DNA of 64,000 bases, taken from Candidatus Sericytochromatia bacterium (GTDB taxonomy: Bacteria; Cyanobacteriota; Sericytochromatia; S15B-MN24; JAQBPE01). How positions within the stretch are numbered: position 1 is the first letter of the stretch; each line of letters starts with the position of its first letter. Made by a program: the position numbers and the translations under genes. The notes beneath the pieces are model-generated. The model worked only from the letters and a program-made list of their open reading frames with translations, searched no databases and was not told the origin of the DNA. Positions 59,493 to 64,000 of this stretch are shown here, piece after piece. The DNA lies in the NCBI GenBank assembly GCA_040400605.1, contig JBBAPZ010000003.1, positions 126,507 to 190,506 of the forward strand, given 5' to 3'.

Positions 59493-60812
59493 GGAGCTGG
59501 GCGGAAAGTCTCACCCGCCAAACCCACTGGTGGAGGCGCGCGTTGGTATGCGTGGCGGAAAACGAAAGCGGACAAACTTCGCCGCGCTTGCGACACGTCG
59601 CCGCCAGAAATCCTGGAAATCAGGCGATCGCCTAACCAATTAAAAAATTCGACCCACAAAACAACCCGGATCTGTTTGCGTGTGAAGTGCTCTTAAACAT
59701 TCATTCACACGGTGCTTCAAGCACTGTTCAGTTTGAGGAAGTGGCGAACAGGCGTTGAGGCAACAGTTCGGTCACAGGGGGGGGTGCCCTGCCCGGGGGG
59801 GCATCAACTGCGCGATACACGACGCACAGGGTTCCATTCAAAAACAGTGTCGCATAAGTCAAAAAAAGGGCAGCACCTGCCATTACGTCACGCCAATTAA
59901 CAAGCCGAGCACCAGTTAATGTATTTCCGTCTATTGCGAAACCTTGCAACCAATCGTCTGGACAACGCATACAAAAACGCTTGCAGCCGAAGCCCCGCAA
60001 CGTTTTCTATCGATTTATGCAACCTCGGGAAAACTGTCAGATCGACTGAATCAGACGATAATCACAACAAAAATACGCCAAGGTATCCAGCCTGATACCG
60101 CGTTTCACAACCTGCATCGTCACAGCGAACAATCAACGTTCCTGATGAATGGCCTTGGTATGGGGTTCATTCGCGACAGTATTCAGTGGCCATCGAAGTC
60201 AAACTGGCCTTAAAGGCGGTTTTCGTAGGCCTTTGTGGTTATTTTTTCCTGACTGCCACAGTTTGGGACTAAACAAGCGGGTGTGTTGAAATCCGTGAAA
60301 AAGCCAAGTTTTTATTGACGGAGCCATCGACCAGTCGTTACGATGATTGCTTACAGCCTGTACCGTTTTAGTCGGCTTGCCTACCCTGCCCGTATTTTTG
60401 CGGACTCCGACATCGTCGTAGAAAGACGAAACACTTGAAATCAGACGAGGTTCTGACGTCGACGCCAATGCTCAACACGGCTGTAGGCGTCTTTGTGTGC
60501 CAACGCATGCTTGGTGTTAACAAAGCGGGCAGGCCCGGCCGTGGCCGTGTGCCTGGTTTTGCGGTCAAGTCACTCGGCGGGTGGCACCTTGATGTCTGGA
60601 GGTTGGTTGGGGAGATTATAACTGGTCCGCGCGGTGTCAAATCCGTTGCCGACTTACACGTGAGACGGCCAAAAGCGCCCCAGTTCGAGTCTCCCGTGGC
60701 TAACCCGGTTGTTTATACTTCTCAAAATTGGAAGGGTTGGCCTTGTAAACTGATTGTTTGCCGGCTTTATCTAAACTATTTGAAGTGACGTTCCGGGAGG
60801 TGGAGGTATTGG

Positions 60813-61850
60813 ATGACGCCCTTGTTTGAGCGATGTATGGATGTGAGCGCCGAGGAGTTGCGGCTGATGCGCTGGAACGCCCCAGGGGGCAAGGCTTGTG
60901 AATATGGGTTGATCTATCTGGATTCGGTGGTTCAGTTTCAAAGCCGCGTGTTGATGCGCTACACGGATATGCGTGATCTTCGGACAAAAATGATGACACT
61001 GATACCTGAAATGCCCAAAGGTGGCGAGTCCGTGCAACTGGCTGGTCACGACGGTGTGATGGTGGGGCCTTGCGGAAGTGCCGTATTGGATGCACCGTGG
61101 TGGTCCGTGCCGAAAGCGCGTTTGGGGATTGATGGTGAGTTGGCCCTTTTGGCGTGTCACGCATCAAGTGGAATTTTGGCCGGTGTTTATCAACAGGCCA
61201 GGCTGTGCTGGCAACTGGGAGAGGACGATGGTGTGTTGCTGGCTTTGCAGCGCGCGTCTCGACTGTTGGGTAATTGCGGTGAGCGCGCGGCACTGCATGT
61301 GGTTGTGAGGTTTAAGCTGGCGATTGCCGCTCACCTGCAAGCGGATCAACAGCTCATGCTGGCTGCCAATTTCTATCGTTCAGCCTTGGTGATATTTCCA
61401 AGTGAACAGCTTCCACTCACCTGTGTCATTCAATCAACGTATGAATTGGCGGCATGCGGCGCGTGGGTCGACGCCGTCGGGGTGTTTAAAACATTGCTGA
61501 CGCGTCTTGAGACAGAGACCGATTTGCCTTGTACGATGCTCGATACCAAGTCGGTTCGCTACTGGCGCGCACGGATACCCATTCACATGGCCACAGTTTT
61601 CCAACGATCGGGCGATTACGAAGCCGCCATCGCAGCACTGCTTGAATCACTTGATGTCGCCTATGAAGACTCGCATCACATTGATTGTGAACACGTCCGT
61701 CTTGCAACCGAACAGCTCGCAAGGGTGTGTGACAAGGCAAGATATTGGCCCGAAGCCCTGCGTTGGTATGAGCGATTGAACCTGCTCTGCCCCACTGCCA
61801 GGATTCAACGACGAATCAGCGCCCTGCGCCAGCGGGTGCATCAAGCCTAA
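60813..61850 (+). CDS. Hypothetical protein with C-terminal TPR-like repeats
   Basis: GGAGG RBS. GDYEAAIAALLESL and YWPEALRWYERL helical repeats. Confidence 0.65.
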   Translation: MTPLFERCMDVSAEELRLMRWNAPGGKACEYGLIYLDSVVQFQSRVLMRYTDMRDLRTKMMTLIPEMPKGGESVQLAGHDGVMVGPCGSAVLDAPWWSVPKARLGIDGELALLACHASSGILAGVYQQARLCWQLGEDDGVLLALQRASRLLGNCGERAALHVVVRFKLAIAAHLQADQQLMLAANFYRSALVIFPSEQLPLTCVIQSTYELAACGAWVDAVGVFKTLLTRLETETDLPCTMLDTKSVRYWRARIPIHMATVFQRSGDYEAAIAALLESLDVAYEDSHHIDCEHVRLATEQLARVCDKARYWPEALRWYERLNLLCPTARIQRRISALRQRVHQA

Positions 61851-62042
61851 ACACTGACGCAGAGGTTGCTGTCTCAAAACCGATGCGAGACTGTATAGCG
61901 ACAACAATACACCGGCGCTTCGAACGACAACCTCTCGTCCCAAGCATCCGATGCGCAACACTTCTTGTTTTGAAAGCATTTGGTCTCCCACCGTGTCTGA
62001 GGGTTTAACGACAAAGTGGGAGAGCAGGGGCGGCAGGATTGA

Positions 62043-63809
62043 TTAAAACACCACGTGACGGCCCTTTTGACGGCGACTGTAGATGGCAACGGTTGTTTCC
62101 GCATCGCCAACACCCATGTTACCTGAGTCTCCGATACCCGATGCGCCAAACTCTTCCCAATCCATCGCCGAATCAGTGCCATCGTTTTCTTTGAGCATGC
62201 CACCGAGGATACGACGACCCCGTTGTATTTTTTGGTCGTCGCGGGTCCAGATCGAGATCGCCAGATCGTGTGGATTGGTGAGCAGGGCAAAGCGCAAGAA
62301 TGCATCGAAACCATCAAGTGGCATGGCACACAAGATGGGCATGAAAAACTCCGTGGTGGTCAGGTTGAGGCGTTGCACGCCCTTGCCATCCCAGTTTGCT
62401 TCAATCCAGGACTCCGGGCGCAGATCACCAATGATGACCGGATCGATCACCTCCGCATGATCGCTATAAGCATCCCCAGAACGTTTACCACCCGCACGCA
62501 CGATGGTATAGCCGGCTTGCCGCGCCCCCTCCTGAATATTGGTGACAGTCTGGGCCTCATGCACCATGTTGGGTCCAATCACCTTGATTTCTTCCGTATC
62601 CCGGGGATTGCTCACCCGCCACAAATCCATTTCCTGGTTGATCAGCGACAGCAGTTTGTCCAACACCGCCTTGGACCCCGCCACACCGTGCAAGGTCGTG
62701 CACTTGTGGCTTGAAAAACCCAGCTTGGAATAAGCCAAGCGTACCGCGATACGCTTCAGTTCATCATCGCTGAAACCATCGTCAACCCACGCCCAGTTGC
62801 AACCACCACCTTCGAACTTGAGCGTGCGCACCCCGCGCCCCGCGGCGATCGCACGCGCCGTTGCCTCAGAACCAGTCAATGAGACCACCGCTACCCGCTC
62901 GTGGCTCGCCAACGACCCAACACCCTTGCCAAACCCTTCCAATTTGTACACTGCCGCCGGATTGGCACCCGCAGCCAGCAGCATGCGCATCATCACGGTG
63001 TTACAGATACCACCAAACGGATGCCCCTTGAAAATCATCGGGCTACCTGACATATAGCAACCGATGATCTGAATCACCGGTATTCCGTAAATGAAATTCA
63101 TGGGCGTGATCACAGCCGAAATGCCGGCTGGCAGATAGCCGTTCTTCCAATAGGAATGCCCTTCCACCATCGGTGGAATCAGTTCGCCTCTGAGGGCTTT
63201 CTCGGCGTTCCCACCAATGTGGTCAGCCGCGCGCTTGGCTTCCCAAAAGTCTTTTTCCGCCTCCAGCCGGGTTTTGGGTATCACATGCCGGATCTCACGC
63301 AATACCTCCTCCGAAAAATACTCCAGAAACCGTGAAAAGTTGTTAACGACCCATTTGCGATAAGCCACGGTCTCTTCCGACCAACTGAGGCCGCTCCAAT
63401 ATTCCCACGCGGCACCCACCGCCAATTCGACATCCTCGGCCTGGGAGTCTGGCACTTGGGTCAGCGATACCCGCCGATCCCACAAGGCCTGCAGGGTCAC
63501 CATGTTGCCTGCCAGCGGCTTGTACCACGATCCTGCGATCAGGTTATACACAGGAACGGGCGGATCCTGCGGGGTGCTTGGTAACTGCGTGTACGGAAAA
63601 ATGTAGCCCCGCAAAGCCTCCATTTCCTCATCGCGCAAGCCTCCCTGAAACAGGCTGAAACGCGCACGACGCACACCGTATTGTTCTGCGATCGGGTCCA
63701 CCCCCAATTGCCCCGCAGCAACGAACCCCCGCACGCGCGCGACGGTCGCCTCGGGGTCAAATCGTCCCTGCGCATTCAACAAGTCGCCCCCGGACAGCGT
63801 CTGAATCAT
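62043..63809 (-). CDS. Divergent aldehyde dehydrogenase family protein
   Basis: ITPMNF, LTGSEAT, FEGGG, catalytic HKCTT, EFFMP, FGASG..DSG. RBS GGAGG before ATG 63809. Confidence 0.85.
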   Translation of the reverse strand: MIQTLSGGDLLNAQGRFDPEATVARVRGFVAAGQLGVDPIAEQYGVRRARFSLFQGGLRDEEMEALRGYIFPYTQLPSTPQDPPVPVYNLIAGSWYKPLAGNMVTLQALWDRRVSLTQVPDSQAEDVELAVGAAWEYWSGLSWSEETVAYRKWVVNNFSRFLEYFSEEVLREIRHVIPKTRLEAEKDFWEAKRAADHIGGNAEKALRGELIPPMVEGHSYWKNGYLPAGISAVITPMNFIYGIPVIQIIGCYMSGSPMIFKGHPFGGICNTVMMRMLLAAGANPAAVYKLEGFGKGVGSLASHERVAVVSLTGSEATARAIAAGRGVRTLKFEGGGCNWAWVDDGFSDDELKRIAVRLAYSKLGFSSHKCTTLHGVAGSKAVLDKLLSLINQEMDLWRVSNPRDTEEIKVIGPNMVHEAQTVTNIQEGARQAGYTIVRAGGKRSGDAYSDHAEVIDPVIIGDLRPESWIEANWDGKGVQRLNLTTTEFFMPILCAMPLDGFDAFLRFALLTNPHDLAISIWTRDDQKIQRGRRILGGMLKENDGTDSAMDWEEFGASGIGDSGNMGVGDAETTVAIYSRRQKGRHVVF

Positions 63810-64000
63810 CGTCGATCCTCCTCGTTTGCTCCACGAAACACGCAATTCATCACACGTTAGTGTACCAGTTTCCGCTATCGACAGGCCGTTGATCCATGCT
63901 TGCGTCAGCCGGGAAAGTGGTCATAACCAACCCACGTCTGAAATGATTGTACGACCGTTTCTTGTGCCAACCCTTTCCCCGACGTTATATGGAAACGCGT

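Noticed and set aside
59500..60800. 1.3-kb gap with G-runs (59777-59801) and short ORFs
   Set aside because: No coherent coding signal, repeat array or recognisable RNA motif. Two G-runs alone are not enough to call a quadruplex.
1..64000. CRISPR arrays, tRNA/rRNA, IS elements, prophage
   Set aside because: I found no spaced direct repeats, tRNA arms, transposase, integrase or phage structural genes by eye. Small RNAs could have been missed without a covariance search.

Overview
This is a 64-kb bacterial chromosomal segment of moderately high GC (about 57%, my estimate). I found no rRNA, tRNA, CRISPR array, integrase or transposase. Recognisable genes are thrS, an imuA-imuB-dnaE2 SOS mutagenesis cassette, ettA, alkB, glnS, htpG, glpD, lipB and sucA-sucB-lpdA. 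These are mixed with many orphan lipoproteins and signal-peptide-less orphans. The 'LIAQGGGN' lipoprotein repeats, the HtpG type and a large excess of the HIP1 octamer suggest a non-photosynthetic relative of Cyanobacteria such as Ca. Sericytochromatia; this is inference and was not tested. The main signals are: (1) a replication-initiator-like HTH gene (46518-47252) preceded by an antisense-oriented terminator hairpin, a start-occluding stem and a GATC-rich perfect palindrome, with no other mobile-element genes; (2) a cysteine dioxygenase paired with a serine acetyltransferase homolog that has lost its catalytic residues; (3) at least 34 GCGATCGC (HIP1) sites; (4) a HAIR/HspR-like operator at htpG and a GAAC-N4-GTTC LexA box at imuA; (5) a -1 frameshift inside an EF-hand gene, and a gene interrupted by two in-frame stops; (6) kb-scale G+T versus A+C skew domains that do not follow gene orientation.
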